From a bacterium (GTDB lineage: Bacteria; UBA8248), in contig CBDCRP010000002.1 of assembly GCA_965221165.1 (NCBI GenBank), positions 224,001-288,000 of the forward strand: a stretch of DNA of 64,000 nt. The letters run 5' to 3'. The notes under the pieces were generated by a model. That model saw only the letters and a program-made list of their open reading frames with translations, was not told where the DNA came from and made no database searches. How positions within the stretch are numbered: the stretch's first letter is position 1; every line of letters starts with the position of its first letter. Positions 1 to 10,792 of this stretch are shown one piece after another. A program made the translations under genes and the position numbers.

Positions 1-610
1 CGTGGAGGAGATCGCCGCCAATGCGTGTGTTCCCGTCATCAACGGCCTGACGGACCTTCACCACCCCTGCCAGGCCCTCGCTGATTTTCTGACGATGCGA
101 GAACACTTCGGCACCTTGGAGAACTTGAAGCTCGCCTACCTGGGAGACGGGAACAACGTGTTGCATTCTCTGCTGATCGTGGGCGCGTTGGTCGGGGTGG
201 ACATCAGCGCGGCATGTCCCAAAGGGTTTTGGCCAGACCCCCGAATTCTGGAGCAAGCCCGGGGTTCAGAGCGGGAATCGAACGCGCGAATCAAGATTAC
301 CGAAGACGTAGAAGAAGCATGCGCCGGGGCCGACGCCGTGTATACGGACGTGTGGACTTCCATGGGCCAGGAAGAGGAGAACGAGCGCCGCCAGAAAGTT
401 CTGGCCCCGTACCAGGTGAACGAAGAAGCATTTCGACATGCGAATAAAGACGCCGTTTTCATGCACTGTCTCCCCGCGCACAGGGGGGAAGAAGTGACGG
501 CGAATGTCATGGACGGCCCGAGGAGCGTCGTTTTCACGCAAGCCGGGAATCGACTCCACGCACAGAAGATTCTCCTTCAAATTCTAGCCGGAGGAAGTAA
601 TGGCGCCTAA
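1..610 (+). CDS. argF: Ornithine carbamoyltransferase (5'-truncated by window)
   Basis: [19 protein letters not shown] and QAGNR motifs; followed by argG. Confidence 0.97.
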   Translation, partial: VEEIAANACVPVINGLTDLHHPCQALADFLTMREHFGTLENLKLAYLGDGNNVLHSLLIVGALVGVDISAACPKGFWPDPRILEQARGSERESNARIKITEDVEEACAGADAVYTDVWTSMGQEEENERRQKVLAPYQVNEEAFRHANKDAVFMHCLPAHRGEEVTANVMDGPRSVVFTQAGNRLHAQKILLQILAGGSNGA

Positions 611-1811
611 GCCGAGCCGAGTCGTCCTCGCCTACTCAGGGGGGCTGGATACCTCCGTCATGCTCAAGTGGATTAAAGAACAATATGAATGCCCCGTCGT
701 GGCCTACGCGGCGGACGTCGGCCAGGGTGCCGGCGAACTCGACGGCTTGGAGGAAAAGGCGTTGGCCACGGGTGCGGAGTCCTGCCACGTTCTGGATTTG
801 AGAGAAGAATTCGCGCGAGACTACATCTTCCCGATGCTGCGCGCCGGCGCCGTCTATGAGGGCGCCTACCTTCTGGGGACGTCCATCGCCAGGCCTCTCA
901 TCGCGAAAGGCCACATGGACGTGCTCAAGAAAACGGGGGGCGACGCCGTCGCCCACGGCGCGACGGGCAAGGGAAACGACCAGGTGCGCTTCGAGTTGAC
1001 CTATGCTTCCATCGACCCGGACGTCACCATCATCGCGCCCTGGCGCGACTGGGACTTCGGGGGGCGCTCCCACCTCATCGCCTATGCAGAAAGACACGGC
1101 ATACCGATACCCGTTACGGCGGAAAAACCCTATTCGATGGACAGAAACCTACTGCACATCAGTTTCGAGGGCGGAGTTCTGGAAGACCCCTGGGCGGAGC
1201 CGCCTGCGGATATGTACGTCTTGAGCGCATCGCCCGAAAAAGCGCCCGATACGCCCGAATACGTCGAAATCGAGTTCGAGGAGGGTGATCCCGTGGCCTT
1301 AAACGGAGAGGCTCTCTCGCCGGTCGCCATGATGGAGCAACTAAACGCCCTGGCGGGCGCCCACAGCGTGGGCCGGGTGGATTTGGTGGAAAATCGCTTC
1401 GTGGGCATGAAGAGCAGAGGCGTGTACGAGACGCCCGCAGGCACGGTTCTTCACGCGGCGCGCCGGGCCGTGGAATCCCTCACGATGGACAGGGAAGTCA
1501 TGCAATTGCGCGATTCCCTGATCCCCAAGTACGCGCAACTCGTCTACAACGGTTTCTGGTTTGCGCCCGAGCGGGAATTCCTGCAATCCGCCATCGATCG
1601 CGCGGCGGAACCGGTTTGCGGCTCCGCCAGGATGAAACTCTACAAGGGCGCTTGCAGCGTCGTGGGCAGAAAAGCGCCCGAGGATATGACCCTCTACCGC
1701 CCCGACCTCGCCACCTTCGAGGAAGACACGGTGTATTCTCAAAAAGACGCGGAAGGATTCATTCGCCTGAACGCCTTGCGGCTGCGGGTGCGCGCGCAAC
1801 GCAATTCTTAA
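600..1811 (+). CDS. argG: Argininosuccinate synthase
   Basis: [23 protein letters not shown] and [11 protein letters not shown] motifs. Confidence 0.99.
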   Translation: MAPKPSRVVLAYSGGLDTSVMLKWIKEQYECPVVAYAADVGQGAGELDGLEEKALATGAESCHVLDLREEFARDYIFPMLRAGAVYEGAYLLGTSIARPLIAKGHMDVLKKTGGDAVAHGATGKGNDQVRFELTYASIDPDVTIIAPWRDWDFGGRSHLIAYAERHGIPIPVTAEKPYSMDRNLLHISFEGGVLEDPWAEPPADMYVLSASPEKAPDTPEYVEIEFEEGDPVALNGEALSPVAMMEQLNALAGAHSVGRVDLVENRFVGMKSRGVYETPAGTVLHAARRAVESLTMDREVMQLRDSLIPKYAQLVYNGFWFAPEREFLQSAIDRAAEPVCGSARMKLYKGACSVVGRKAPEDMTLYRPDLATFEEDTVYSQKDAEGFIRLNALRLRVRAQRNS

Positions 1812-1951
1812 TGTAATTCCTGAACTTTAAACTGTAAAGTGCTGGATAATATGCCCTGAAATCGATGTTCTACCGCGAGGCGTATCACGAACTGAGCACC
1901 CGTGAACAACAGCCCTCCTCATTCGAGACGACCTACTCTATCCCGAGATAT

Positions 1952-2881
1952 TCAGGCTTTGGCCGCAGAGCTTTTCTTTCTTCTGGAGCCGCGGCGCGCC
2001 GTCTCGGGCCATGCCAGCAGGATGGGACTCGCCACGTAAATAGAAGAGTACGTACCGGCCACGATGCCTATAGCAAGCGCAAACGCCACGTCGGAAATCA
2101 CGTCGCCCCCCAGGAAGAGGAACACCAGCACGGCGACCAGCGTCGTTCCGGAGGTAAGCAGCGTGCGGGAAAGGGTCTGGTTGATGGATTTATTGACGAG
2201 TCCTGAAAACTCGGCGCGCCTCGAAGCGCGCGTATTTTCGCGGATACGGTCGAACACGACGATGGTGTCGTTCAGCGAATAACCGATGATCGTCAGAACA
2301 GCCGCCACTATCGGGAGGGAAAATTCCTTGCCGGACAAGGCGAAGACGCCGAGCGTGATGACGACGTCGTGCAAAAGCGCCACGACCGAGGCAATCGCCT
2401 GGCGAAACTGAAACCTGAAACTGATGTAAAGCAGGATGCCGATGAGGGCGAACAGCATGCTGCTGAGCGCCTTCTGGCGCAAGTCCGCACCCACTTTGGG
2501 GCCCACCATTTCGGTTCGTCTCATCTCGAACGCATCTTTTCCGAATTTTTTGATAAGCGCGATTTTCACGAGGGATTCGACCCCCTTGATGTTGCCCGAG
2601 CTTTTCTCCACGCGAATCAGAAACTCTCTGTCGGAACCGAAATTCTGGATGACCGTATCGCCCAAAGAAAGTCCCCCGACGGCGCTGCGAATATCGCCAA
2701 TCGGTCTGGCGTCTTTGAACTGCACCTGAACCAGCGTTCCTCCGGTGAAATCGATGCCGTAATTTATCCCTTTGGTGAGGAGCAGGAGAAGGGACACCAC
2801 GACGACCGCGGTGGAAATACCGACGAAGAGTTTGGTTTTGCCGATAATGTCAAATGATGCGTCTGGCCGGATAATCTCCAT
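1952..2881 (-). CDS. secF: Protein translocase subunit SecF
   Basis: GIDFTGG and GYSLNDTIVVFDRIREN motifs; TAATG overlap with the secD stop. Confidence 0.98.
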   Translation of the reverse strand: MEIIRPDASFDIIGKTKLFVGISTAVVVVSLLLLLTKGINYGIDFTGGTLVQVQFKDARPIGDIRSAVGGLSLGDTVIQNFGSDREFLIRVEKSSGNIKGVESLVKIALIKKFGKDAFEMRRTEMVGPKVGADLRQKALSSMLFALIGILLYISFRFQFRQAIASVVALLHDVVITLGVFALSGKEFSLPIVAAVLTIIGYSLNDTIVVFDRIRENTRASRRAEFSGLVNKSINQTLSRTLLTSGTTLVAVLVFLFLGGDVISDVAFALAIGIVAGTYSSIYVASPILLAWPETARRGSRRKKSSAAKA

Positions 2882-4431
2882 TATATGCTCAAACTCCTCA
2901 CGTCGGTTCGGAACAAGAAGAAATCATAGACAAATCTGGTGACGAAAATCGCGGTGAACATACTCGCCACGATGCCGATGCTGAGGGTGACGGCGAATCC
3001 CTTGATGGGTCCCGTCCCGAATTGCAGGAGCACCAGCGCGGCGATGAGCGTCGTTATATTCGCGTCCAGAATCGTGAGGAAGGCTTTCCCGTAACCAGAA
3101 TCGATGGCGGAGCGAATGGTTTTTCCCAGGCGCAACTCTTCTCTGATTCGCTCGAAAATCAGAACGTTGGCGTCCACCGCCATACCGACCGTCAGCACGA
3201 TGCCGGCGATTCCCGGCAGGGTCAGCGTGGCGCCGAAGAACCCGAGCGCTCCCATGAGTATCAGGAGATTGAAAAGAAGCGCCATGATGGCCACGGCACC
3301 GCTCAACTTGTAGTAGATGGCCATGAATATCAAAACGAGAATGAAGCCGACGATAATGCTGATGAGGCCCTGGCGCACGGAATCCGCACCCAGCGATGGC
3401 CCGACGTTTCTTTCTTCCAGAACTTCCACCGGGGCGGGAAGCGCCCCCGCTCTCAGGGCTATCGCCAGATCCGTCGCTTCTTCAAGCGTGAAACTTCCCG
3501 TTATCTGCGCCCTGCCCTGGCTGATTCGCTCCTGAATCGTAGGCGCGCTGTAGACGACGCCATCCAGCACGATGGCGAGGCGCCTGCCCACGTTGGCCGC
3601 CGTGAGGCGATCGAACGAATCCGCACCCACGGAATCGAACGCGATGGCCACGTAGGACTGGTTGAAGCGATCTCCGATTTCCACGCGCGCATCGGTCAGG
3701 TTGTCCCCTGTCAAGGCGGCTTCTCTCTTCACCAGCAAGGGTGTGCGTTGAACCACCTCGCCCGTCTGCCTGTCTCTCGTTACCTCATACAACAAATCCA
3801 GGCCCTCGGGCGCGCGGCCGCTTTCCTGCGCACGGGAGACATTCGCGCTGCTATCCACCATCTTGAACTCCAGGAGCGCCGTTTTCCCGATGAGAGACTT
3901 CGCCCGGGAAGGATCCTCCACTCCGGGGAGCTGGATGATAATCCGCCGCTCTCCCTGGCGCTGAAGCGTGGGCTCGCGCACGCCGAACTGATCGATGCGA
4001 TTCCGTATCGTCTCGAGCGCCTGAATGATGGATTGCTCTTTCGTGCGCTCCACCTGTTGTTGCGCCAGGAAATATACGAAACTCGGCGGGGTCCCCTCTT
4101 CCCTCTCCAGGGTGAGGTCCGGGTAACTCTGCATCATCGTGAGGAAGCGCCCCCTGTCGGCGGGACGATGAAGCGCTACGCTCAGCCTCAGCCCGTCGCG
4201 CTTGAAGGTTCGGGTGCGTATGTCGTCTATGGAAAGGCGGTTGCGCAACTCCGTGAAATAGCGGCTCATTTTCGATTCCACCGCTTTTTCGGATTGCACC
4301 TCGAGAACCAGATGAATCCCGCCCTGCAAATCAAGCCCGAGATTGATGCGCTCGTCCGGAGGGATCAGATAAAACGCGGAAACGGCTATTACGATTGCTA
4401 TCAAACCTGCCCGCCAACTTGCACCCCTCAT
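2881..4431 (-). CDS. secD: Protein translocase subunit SecD
   Basis: LGLDLQGG, VGPSLG and GMAVDANVLIFERIREE motifs. Confidence 0.99.
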   Translation of the reverse strand: MRGASWRAGLIAIVIAVSAFYLIPPDERINLGLDLQGGIHLVLEVQSEKAVESKMSRYFTELRNRLSIDDIRTRTFKRDGLRLSVALHRPADRGRFLTMMQSYPDLTLEREEGTPPSFVYFLAQQQVERTKEQSIIQALETIRNRIDQFGVREPTLQRQGERRIIIQLPGVEDPSRAKSLIGKTALLEFKMVDSSANVSRAQESGRAPEGLDLLYEVTRDRQTGEVVQRTPLLVKREAALTGDNLTDARVEIGDRFNQSYVAIAFDSVGADSFDRLTAANVGRRLAIVLDGVVYSAPTIQERISQGRAQITGSFTLEEATDLAIALRAGALPAPVEVLEERNVGPSLGADSVRQGLISIIVGFILVLIFMAIYYKLSGAVAIMALLFNLLILMGALGFFGATLTLPGIAGIVLTVGMAVDANVLIFERIREELRLGKTIRSAIDSGYGKAFLTILDANITTLIAALVLLQFGTGPIKGFAVTLSIGIVASMFTAIFVTRFVYDFFLFRTDVRSLSI

Positions 4432-4506
4432 GGAACTCTCCTTACGCCGGGTGGTTCGGTTCCACCCGTCTCATAAATCATTTCACCGGGTAAAGGCAAA
4501 ATGATT

Positions 4507-4902
4507 TCACTTTTGCTTTTCTGGTTTTTCTTTCTGGGGAGCCTTGTTCTTCTCCGCACTCGCGCTCGAAGAGGTAATCGTCACAAAAGACCTTTGTACG
4601 CGAATACGCATGTTTTCATCCACTTTCAGCGTGATGATATCGTCCTTGATTCTCGCCACTTCACCCAGAATTCCACTCGCGACGACCTGATCTCCAGGCT
4701 TGAGAGCCTCTTGCATCCTGCGAATTTCCTGCTGTTTTTTTTGCTGGGGCCTGATCATGATGAAATAAATGATGGCGAAAATCATCAGGAACGGCGCCAA
4801 CTGAATCAAGAAACTGGGTGAGCCACCGCCGCCGCCGGAAGGAGGAGCCATGGCGTACGCAACAGAAGAATCGGCCAACCATGCCGCTAAAGAATCCAAC
4901 AT
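4507..4902 (-). CDS. yajC: Preprotein translocase subunit YajC
   Basis: TM helix followed by IRPQQKK...LKPGDQVV..GILG; lies between tgt and secD. Confidence 0.96.
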   Translation of the reverse strand: MLDSLAAWLADSSVAYAMAPPSGGGGGSPSFLIQLAPFLMIFAIIYFIMIRPQQKKQQEIRRMQEALKPGDQVVASGILGEVARIKDDIITLKVDENMRIRVQRSFVTITSSSASAEKNKAPQKEKPEKQK

Positions 4903-5005
4903 TCTCTATATCTCCATGAAAAAGGCGCTCCGTCGGGCAACGTAGCCAAGGCTTCGTAACAAAGCCCCCACTCCTTGTCAAGCAAAGGCATTAAGAATCA
5001 GTCTC

Positions 5006-6208
5006 TTATTCTTTGGCGGAAAGCCCGGAAACAAAGCGTCCCGAACGATCCCGGCGCACCCCACCACCACCCGGAGGTCCTTCCGGGTCCCGGCCCAGGG
5101 GTCCTGCGAGTTGCTCCTCCGCCCAGGAGGAGAAACGGCCCTCGTTGATTGCTTTTCGCGCCTGGGCGAGCAAATCCTGATAAAAATAAAGATTGTGAAT
5201 CGTCATGAGGCGTAGCCCCAGGGTTTCTCCCGCCTGGAACAAATGCCTCAGGTATGCGCGGCTATAACCTTTGCGGCACACAGGGCACCCGCAATCCGGA
5301 TCGATCGGCCCGGGGGCCTCGGTGTGCGACGCATTTTTGATGGAGAGCCTCCCGCTCCATGAAAAAAGATTCCCGCGCCTCGCATGGCGGGTCGGCATGA
5401 CGCAATCGAACATATCCGCACCCCTCAAGACGCCGCGAATCAAATCCGCCGGCGTACCCATTCCCATGACGTAGCGCGGCTTATGAAGCGGCAAAACATC
5501 CGTGGCCGCATCGAGAAGAGAGGCGGTCTCCACCTTCGTCTCTCCCAGGCAAAGACCGCCGACCGCGTAGCCCGGAAAATCGAGCGCCACCAGTTCCTTG
5601 GCGCTCAACTCCCTTAAATCCTCAAAACCTCCGCCCTGGACAATAGCGAAAAGCGCTTGACTCCCAAGGGTGTGCGCCTCTTTGGCTCTTTGCGCCCAAA
5701 GGGTCGTTCGCGCCAGGGCCTGGCGGGCTTCATCGCGCGTATGGGGAAAACCCAGGGGCTCATCGAGCACCATGGCGATGTCGGGACCTAAATTTTCCTG
5801 AACCTGAACGGCGCGCTCGGGCGTGAGCATCATCCGCGCGCCGTCGAGGTGGCTTTGAAAGTCGATTCCTTCATCAGATATCCTGGCGAGCGGGGCCAGG
5901 CTGAAAAGCTGGTATCCGCCGCTATCGGTGAGAATCGGGCCGTCCCAGCCCATGAACCGATGGAGCCCGCCCAGCCCGGCGATAACCTCATCTCCTGGTC
6001 TCAGAGACAAATGATACGCATTGGCGAGAATAATCCGGCAGCCTGCGGATAATAAATCCTCAGGCGCCAAAGTCTTGACGGTCGCCTGGGTGCCGACGGC
6101 CATGAAGGCGGGCGTCTCCACCTCGCCGTGCGAAAGCGCGAGACGACCCGTGCGGGCTTTGCTCTTCGCGTCCCGAGCGGTGATGAAAAATTGCAGGGAC
6201 GTATTCAC
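5006..6208 (-). CDS. tgt: tRNA-guanine transglycosylase
   Basis: TDSGG, FDCVMPTR and CGCPVC...HN Zn site; tgt-yajC-secDF synteny. Confidence 0.97.
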   Translation of the reverse strand: MNTSLQFFITARDAKSKARTGRLALSHGEVETPAFMAVGTQATVKTLAPEDLLSAGCRIILANAYHLSLRPGDEVIAGLGGLHRFMGWDGPILTDSGGYQLFSLAPLARISDEGIDFQSHLDGARMMLTPERAVQVQENLGPDIAMVLDEPLGFPHTRDEARQALARTTLWAQRAKEAHTLGSQALFAIVQGGGFEDLRELSAKELVALDFPGYAVGGLCLGETKVETASLLDAATDVLPLHKPRYVMGMGTPADLIRGVLRGADMFDCVMPTRHARRGNLFSWSGRLSIKNASHTEAPGPIDPDCGCPVCRKGYSRAYLRHLFQAGETLGLRLMTIHNLYFYQDLLAQARKAINEGRFSSWAEEQLAGPLGRDPEGPPGGGGVRRDRSGRFVSGLSAKE

Positions 6209-6963
6209 AGGACTTCTATGGGCCCCTCGGAACTGCCTGCGAGGAACTGCCGCACGAGAGGGTCTTCCGTGGACCTGATTTCATCCGGTTCTCCGGCGAA
6301 TATCATCCTGCCCCCGTGCAGCATCCCGATATAGTGCGCGAACCCGAGCACCTTTTCCACATCGTGGCTTATCATCAGGGTTGTCACCTGCAACACTTCC
6401 TGCATTCGAATGATCAGGCGGTGGATGGAGTCGGTGAGTATCGGGTCGAGTCCCGTTGTGGGTTCATCATACAAAATGATTTCAGGCTCACGGATAATCG
6501 CTCTCGCCAGCCCCACGCGCTTCTTCATTCCGCCCGATAATTGGGAAGGCATCCTCGACTCTACCCCGTCGAGCCCAACGAGATGCAAGGTTTCCTTCAC
6601 ACGCCCCGATATTTCCGAGCGCGTGAAACGAGAGTGCTCCACCAACGGGAACGCCACATTCTCTTCCACCGTCATCGAATCGAACAAGGCTGCTCCCTGA
6701 AAGAGCATCCCGAACTTCGAGCGCGCCTTGTTGAGTTCTGTTCCGCGCAATTTTGAAATATCGGCGCCATCTACCAGAATTTCTCCACTGTCGGGGTGCA
6801 AAAGACCCAACGAATGCTTCAACAAGACGCTTTTGCCTTCCCCGCTTCGCCCGATGATGGCCGTGATGCGCCCGCTCGGAACCTGAAAATCCACGCCGCG
6901 CAACACATGGTTCTCGCCAAAACTCTTTGCTATCGCCTTGTATTCAATCTTCGCCACGGCCAC
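6205..6963 (-). CDS. mlaF: ABC transporter ATP-binding protein, MlaF/Ttg2A family
   Basis: GRSGEGKS, FQGAALFDSMTV, LSGGMKKRVGLARA and YDEPTTGLDP motifs. Confidence 0.88.
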   Translation of the reverse strand: MAVAKIEYKAIAKSFGENHVLRGVDFQVPSGRITAIIGRSGEGKSVLLKHSLGLLHPDSGEILVDGADISKLRGTELNKARSKFGMLFQGAALFDSMTVEENVAFPLVEHSRFTRSEISGRVKETLHLVGLDGVESRMPSQLSGGMKKRVGLARAIIREPEIILYDEPTTGLDPILTDSIHRLIIRMQEVLQVTTLMISHDVEKVLGFAHYIGMLHGGRMIFAGEPDEIRSTEDPLVRQFLAGSSEGPIEVL

Positions 6964-6989
6964 TCTCGCCTCGGGAAAACAAAAATGCG

Positions 6990-8174
6990 CTAGAATTTGC
7001 GCACATGGCTCACCCGATTATCCCGCAGGTAGATTCTCGGGACACGGGAGCCCACTCCACACATGATCTCATAGGGAATCGTTTCGGCCCTGTCCGCCAT
7101 CTCCTCGCAACTGACGGCCCCGTCACCCTGCTCCCCCAGGAGGACAACCTCGTCCCCGGGCGCGACGCTTTCGATTTTCGACACATCGAGCGCCAGCATG
7201 TCCATGGATACGCGCCCCGCCACGGGAACCCGCACGCCGCCAACCAGCGCATCCGCCCGGTTCGAGAGGATGCGCGGATATCCATCTCCATACCCCGTCG
7301 CCACCATCGCGATTCGCCCGGGAGAATTTCTCTCATACGTTCCGCCATATCCGATGGGCCGGCCCGCATCTATTTTTTTCACCTGCAACACCCTCGCCAC
7401 CCACCTCATGGCGGATTTGAGGGCCACCTTTCCTGAAAACTGAGGCGATGAGCCATAAAGCGCAATACCCAGACGCACCAGGTTGCCGGGCGCGTGGGGA
7501 TAATTCAGAAATCCCGCGCTGTTCGCCATGTGGACATGGGGGGGAAGCAGACTCTTCTCCCTTAGCGTATGGATCAGCGCTTCCATCTCGCGAATCTGTC
7601 CGCCCGTCGCAATCTCTCCTTCTTCTTCGTCCGCCCGTGCGAGATGGCTCATCAGCCCTGCAATCTCGATATTCTCCTTTCGGGAAACGCTTTCGATGAA
7701 ATCGACGGCTTCCGCCGGGCGCAATCCCAAACGTCCCATCCCCGAATCCACTTTCACGTGGACTCTCGCTTTTTTGCCCACTCCTCTCGCCGCGCTCTCT
7801 AGGCCTTCAATCTGCTCCATATGCCAGACAGTGGCGTCACAATCCGCCTCGAGCAACCTTTTCGCGTTATACGCCAATGTATCGCTCATCACCAATATGC
7901 GCGCATCGGCAAATTCGCTCCCCGCCCCGAAAGCACCAGCGGCCCGAAGCGTCTCCGCCTCTGCGACCGCCGCCACCCCGAACCACCTGGCGCCCGCCTC
8001 ATATATGGCGCGAGCGACTTCTACGCCCCCGTGTCCGTAGCCTTCCGCTTTCACGACGGCGAACGGTTCCCGGGAGAGAAGCGGACTCGTCAAATTTTGA
8101 TAATTTCGAATCAGGATGTCCAGATCGATGAAAACGGCGTTGCGATATCCGGACGGAAGCAAATGTTCGCTCAA
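6990..8174 (-). CDS. alr: Alanine racemase
   Basis: VVKAEGYGHG (PLP Lys), DSGMGRLG, GYGDGY and GRVSMD motifs. Confidence 0.97.
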   Translation of the reverse strand: MSEHLLPSGYRNAVFIDLDILIRNYQNLTSPLLSREPFAVVKAEGYGHGGVEVARAIYEAGARWFGVAAVAEAETLRAAGAFGAGSEFADARILVMSDTLAYNAKRLLEADCDATVWHMEQIEGLESAARGVGKKARVHVKVDSGMGRLGLRPAEAVDFIESVSRKENIEIAGLMSHLARADEEEGEIATGGQIREMEALIHTLREKSLLPPHVHMANSAGFLNYPHAPGNLVRLGIALYGSSPQFSGKVALKSAMRWVARVLQVKKIDAGRPIGYGGTYERNSPGRIAMVATGYGDGYPRILSNRADALVGGVRVPVAGRVSMDMLALDVSKIESVAPGDEVVLLGEQGDGAVSCEEMADRAETIPYEIMCGVGSRVPRIYLRDNRVSHVRKF

Positions 8175-8216
8175 AAAAGAAGACCCCTTTTTGGAGACAT
8201 CTTCGCTATTTCGCCG

Positions 8217-9641
8217 CTAGAACGGCGTTTCTTCTCCCTCCGGGTAGCCGGGTTCGGCATATTCCGAGGATACAGTCGCGCCCTCATGGTATGCGTCCAG
8301 GTTCACGAACCGCGCATAGTCCGGGAAAAATTTGAGGTCCAGTTCCCCGGTCGGCCCGTTGCGCTGCTTGGCGAGTATGACGGTTGCAAGACCCTTGTTT
8401 TCAGGCTTTGGGTCGTAATACTCCTCACGGTACAGCATGGCCACGACATCCGCATCCTGTTCTATCGAGCCGGACTCACGCAAATCGGCCAAGTTGGGGC
8501 GCTTGCCCTCTCTGGATTCCACCGCCCTCGATAGCTGGCTGAGGGCCACGACCGGAACATCGAGTTCTTTCGCCAGGCTTTTCAGTCCCCGGGATATCTC
8601 ACTGATCTCCCGCTGGCGATTCTCCATCGAACGGCCCCTATGGTGCACGAGTTGGAGATAATCGACCACCACGAGGCCGAGGCCTTGATCCGCCTGAATG
8701 CGACGACATTTCGCCCGGATGTCGAACACGGATAAATCCGTCGCATCGTCCACATAAATGGAAGCGTCCGAGAGTTCGCCCGCGCTCCGAATCAAATCCG
8801 GCCATTTTTGAGAAGGCATATAGCCGCTCTGAAGCTGCCTGGAATTCACCATGGCGCGTCCGCACATCATGCGAATTGCCAATGCGCGCGCACTCATCTC
8901 GATGCTGAATATCGCCGTGGCTGTTTTTGAGGACAACGCGGCGTATTCAGCGATGCACAGAGCGAACGCCGTCTTGCCCATGCTGGGACGACCGGCGATG
9001 ATGACCAACTCCCCGGGCTGTAAGCCACTCGTCAATTTATCCAGGTCCGAGAATCCCGTAGGCACTCCGGTGACCAACTCCTTGCGATCGTAAAGTTCCT
9101 CCAGGTAGGGAAACGTATGCTTAATGATGTCCCGCATTCCCTCGACGCTTTTCTGGTAACGGCCTGAGGAGACCTCCAGCATAGCGCGCTCGGCATCGTC
9201 CACGAGGGTATCGATATCCTCCTCGCCCACGAATGCTCTCTGCGCGATGGCGTTCGACGTGTGGATCAATTCCCTGAGTATTGCCATGTTCCTGATGAGT
9301 TTCGCATAGGTCTCGGCACGCCTGGCGCTGGAGACATCGTCCGCCAAACGCGCGATATATTCGGGCCCGCCCGCGGTATCGAGCGTTCCTGCCTTTTTCA
9401 GGACATCGGCCAGGGTAAGGAGGTCGATGGGCTCTGATTGCTCGAAAAGCCGGAGCATGCCCTCGTAAATCACACGATGGCTCATGCGGTAGAAATGCTC
9501 CGGCCGCAACACCTCCATGACGGGCGGAACCATCGCGCCATCGAGCAGTAAAGCTCCCAGAACGCGCTGCTCGGCTTCTATGTTTTGTGGGGGAAGGTGG
9601 CCCGGCTGCCCGGACCGCTCGTCACGAGCGGGCATTTCCAC
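8217..9641 (-). CDS. dnaB: Replicative DNA helicase
   Basis: GRPSMGKT, DYLQL and LRESGSIEQDAD motifs; no intein. Confidence 0.99.
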   Translation of the reverse strand: MEMPARDERSGQPGHLPPQNIEAEQRVLGALLLDGAMVPPVMEVLRPEHFYRMSHRVIYEGMLRLFEQSEPIDLLTLADVLKKAGTLDTAGGPEYIARLADDVSSARRAETYAKLIRNMAILRELIHTSNAIAQRAFVGEEDIDTLVDDAERAMLEVSSGRYQKSVEGMRDIIKHTFPYLEELYDRKELVTGVPTGFSDLDKLTSGLQPGELVIIAGRPSMGKTAFALCIAEYAALSSKTATAIFSIEMSARALAIRMMCGRAMVNSRQLQSGYMPSQKWPDLIRSAGELSDASIYVDDATDLSVFDIRAKCRRIQADQGLGLVVVDYLQLVHHRGRSMENRQREISEISRGLKSLAKELDVPVVALSQLSRAVESREGKRPNLADLRESGSIEQDADVVAMLYREEYYDPKPENKGLATVILAKQRNGPTGELDLKFFPDYARFVNLDAYHEGATVSSEYAEPGYPEGEETPF

Positions 9642-9745
9642 TTCCAGACTCCAAAGGTTACAAAGTGGAAAGAACGGGCGTGGTCATTAGATTACATCAG
9701 ATGGAGCCAAGATCAAAATACCAGAAAACGTGATTTCCAAATCCA

Positions 9746-9774
9746 GGAAAGAAAAGGGGCGGAGACATCCGCCC
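9746..9774 (-). terminator. Putative intrinsic terminator after rplI
   Basis: GGGCGGA/TCCGCCC stem with a 4-nt loop, followed by a T-rich tract on the minus strand. Confidence 0.55.
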
Positions 9775-9844
9775 GCCTCTTCTATCTATCTGATATAGCG
9801 AGTATTACCACTACGCGCCAGGAATCGACCGAGTATGCGAATCG

Positions 9845-10471
9845 CTATTCGGGGTTCTCTTTTTCGCCTTCGGCGCCGGGGTTCTCATCCGGCTCATCCT
9901 CTGCGACGGCATCGGTTGCCTCTGTTGCCGTTTCTGCTTCTGCCGGAACTTCATCCGCAGCCTCTTCGGCCTCTTCCGCCTTGAGCGCAGCCGCTTCTTC
10001 AGCTTCAGCCTGAGCCTCCAGCGATGCTTCATCAGGCGCCACTTTTACCTGAACAGACGCCCTCACCTCTTGATGCAGCCTGATGGCGACGTCATAAGTT
10101 CCCACCTTTTTGATCGGCTCGTCCAAAAGAATTTTCCTTCGGTCCACCGAGAGGCCCTTTTCCTTCAAGGCATCCTCGATCATCCGATTGGTCACCGAGC
10201 CGAACAGCCTGCCGTCTGCACCGACACGCATCGAGAACTCGACGTCGACCCCTGAGAATTCGCCCGCAAAATCCTGCGCGCCCCGTTTCGCCGCATGGAT
10301 TTGCGCCTCCCGCAACCGCTGCTCGTGCTGCGTCGCGCGCACCGTGCTCGCCGTAGCATGCAGGGCCAGACCCTTCGGGATGAGAAAGTTGAGTCCATAG
10401 CCATCGGCTACTTCGACGACATCTCCCACTTCTCCGAGATGCTCTACATCCTTACGCAATATCAAGCGCAT
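9845..10471 (-). CDS. rplI: 50S ribosomal protein L9 with acidic C-terminal tail
   Basis: LGEVGDVVEVADGYGLNFLIP and GRLFGSVT motifs. Confidence 0.98.
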   Translation of the reverse strand: MRLILRKDVEHLGEVGDVVEVADGYGLNFLIPKGLALHATASTVRATQHEQRLREAQIHAAKRGAQDFAGEFSGVDVEFSMRVGADGRLFGSVTNRMIEDALKEKGLSVDRRKILLDEPIKKVGTYDVAIRLHQEVRASVQVKVAPDEASLEAQAEAEEAAALKAEEAEEAADEVPAEAETATEATDAVAEDEPDENPGAEGEKENPE

Positions 10472-10488
10472 CGTTCGATATCTCCGAC

Positions 10489-10758
10489 TTATGAATGGTC
10501 TACAGTGTAGGGCATCAACGCCATATAGCGCGCGCGCTTAATCGCCGCCGTCAACTGCCGCTGAAAGCGGGCAGACGTGCCGGTCACGCGGCGGGGAATG
10601 ATTTTTCCCCGCTCACTCACCATGTTTCGAAGTGTTTTGACGTCCTTGTAGTCGATGTAAGCCACACCATCCGCCGTGAAGCGGCATATTTTCTTGCGTT
10701 GAAAACGCTTTTTTTTCCTTTTTCTCTTATCGCCAAATCCGCGAGGAACAAGCGCCAT
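10489..10758 (-). CDS. rpsR: 30S ribosomal protein S18
   Basis: [15 protein letters not shown] and [12 protein letters not shown] motifs. Confidence 0.99.
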   Translation of the reverse strand: MALVPRGFGDKRKRKKKRFQRKKICRFTADGVAYIDYKDVKTLRNMVSERGKIIPRRVTGTSARFQRQLTAAIKRARYMALMPYTVDHS

Positions 10759-10792
10759 GTCTATCTCCTAAACTGACAAGCAAATTTTGGTC

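Noticed and set aside
3022-4476. Long antisense ORFs (484 aa opposite secD; also 18818-19774, 29153-30082, 30136-31362, 35918-37015, 39836-41062)
   Set aside because: They are shadows of well-supported genes in GC-rich sequence and show no recognisable motifs.
8217-9641. Intein in DnaB
   Set aside because: 474 aa with contiguous helicase motifs; no insertion.
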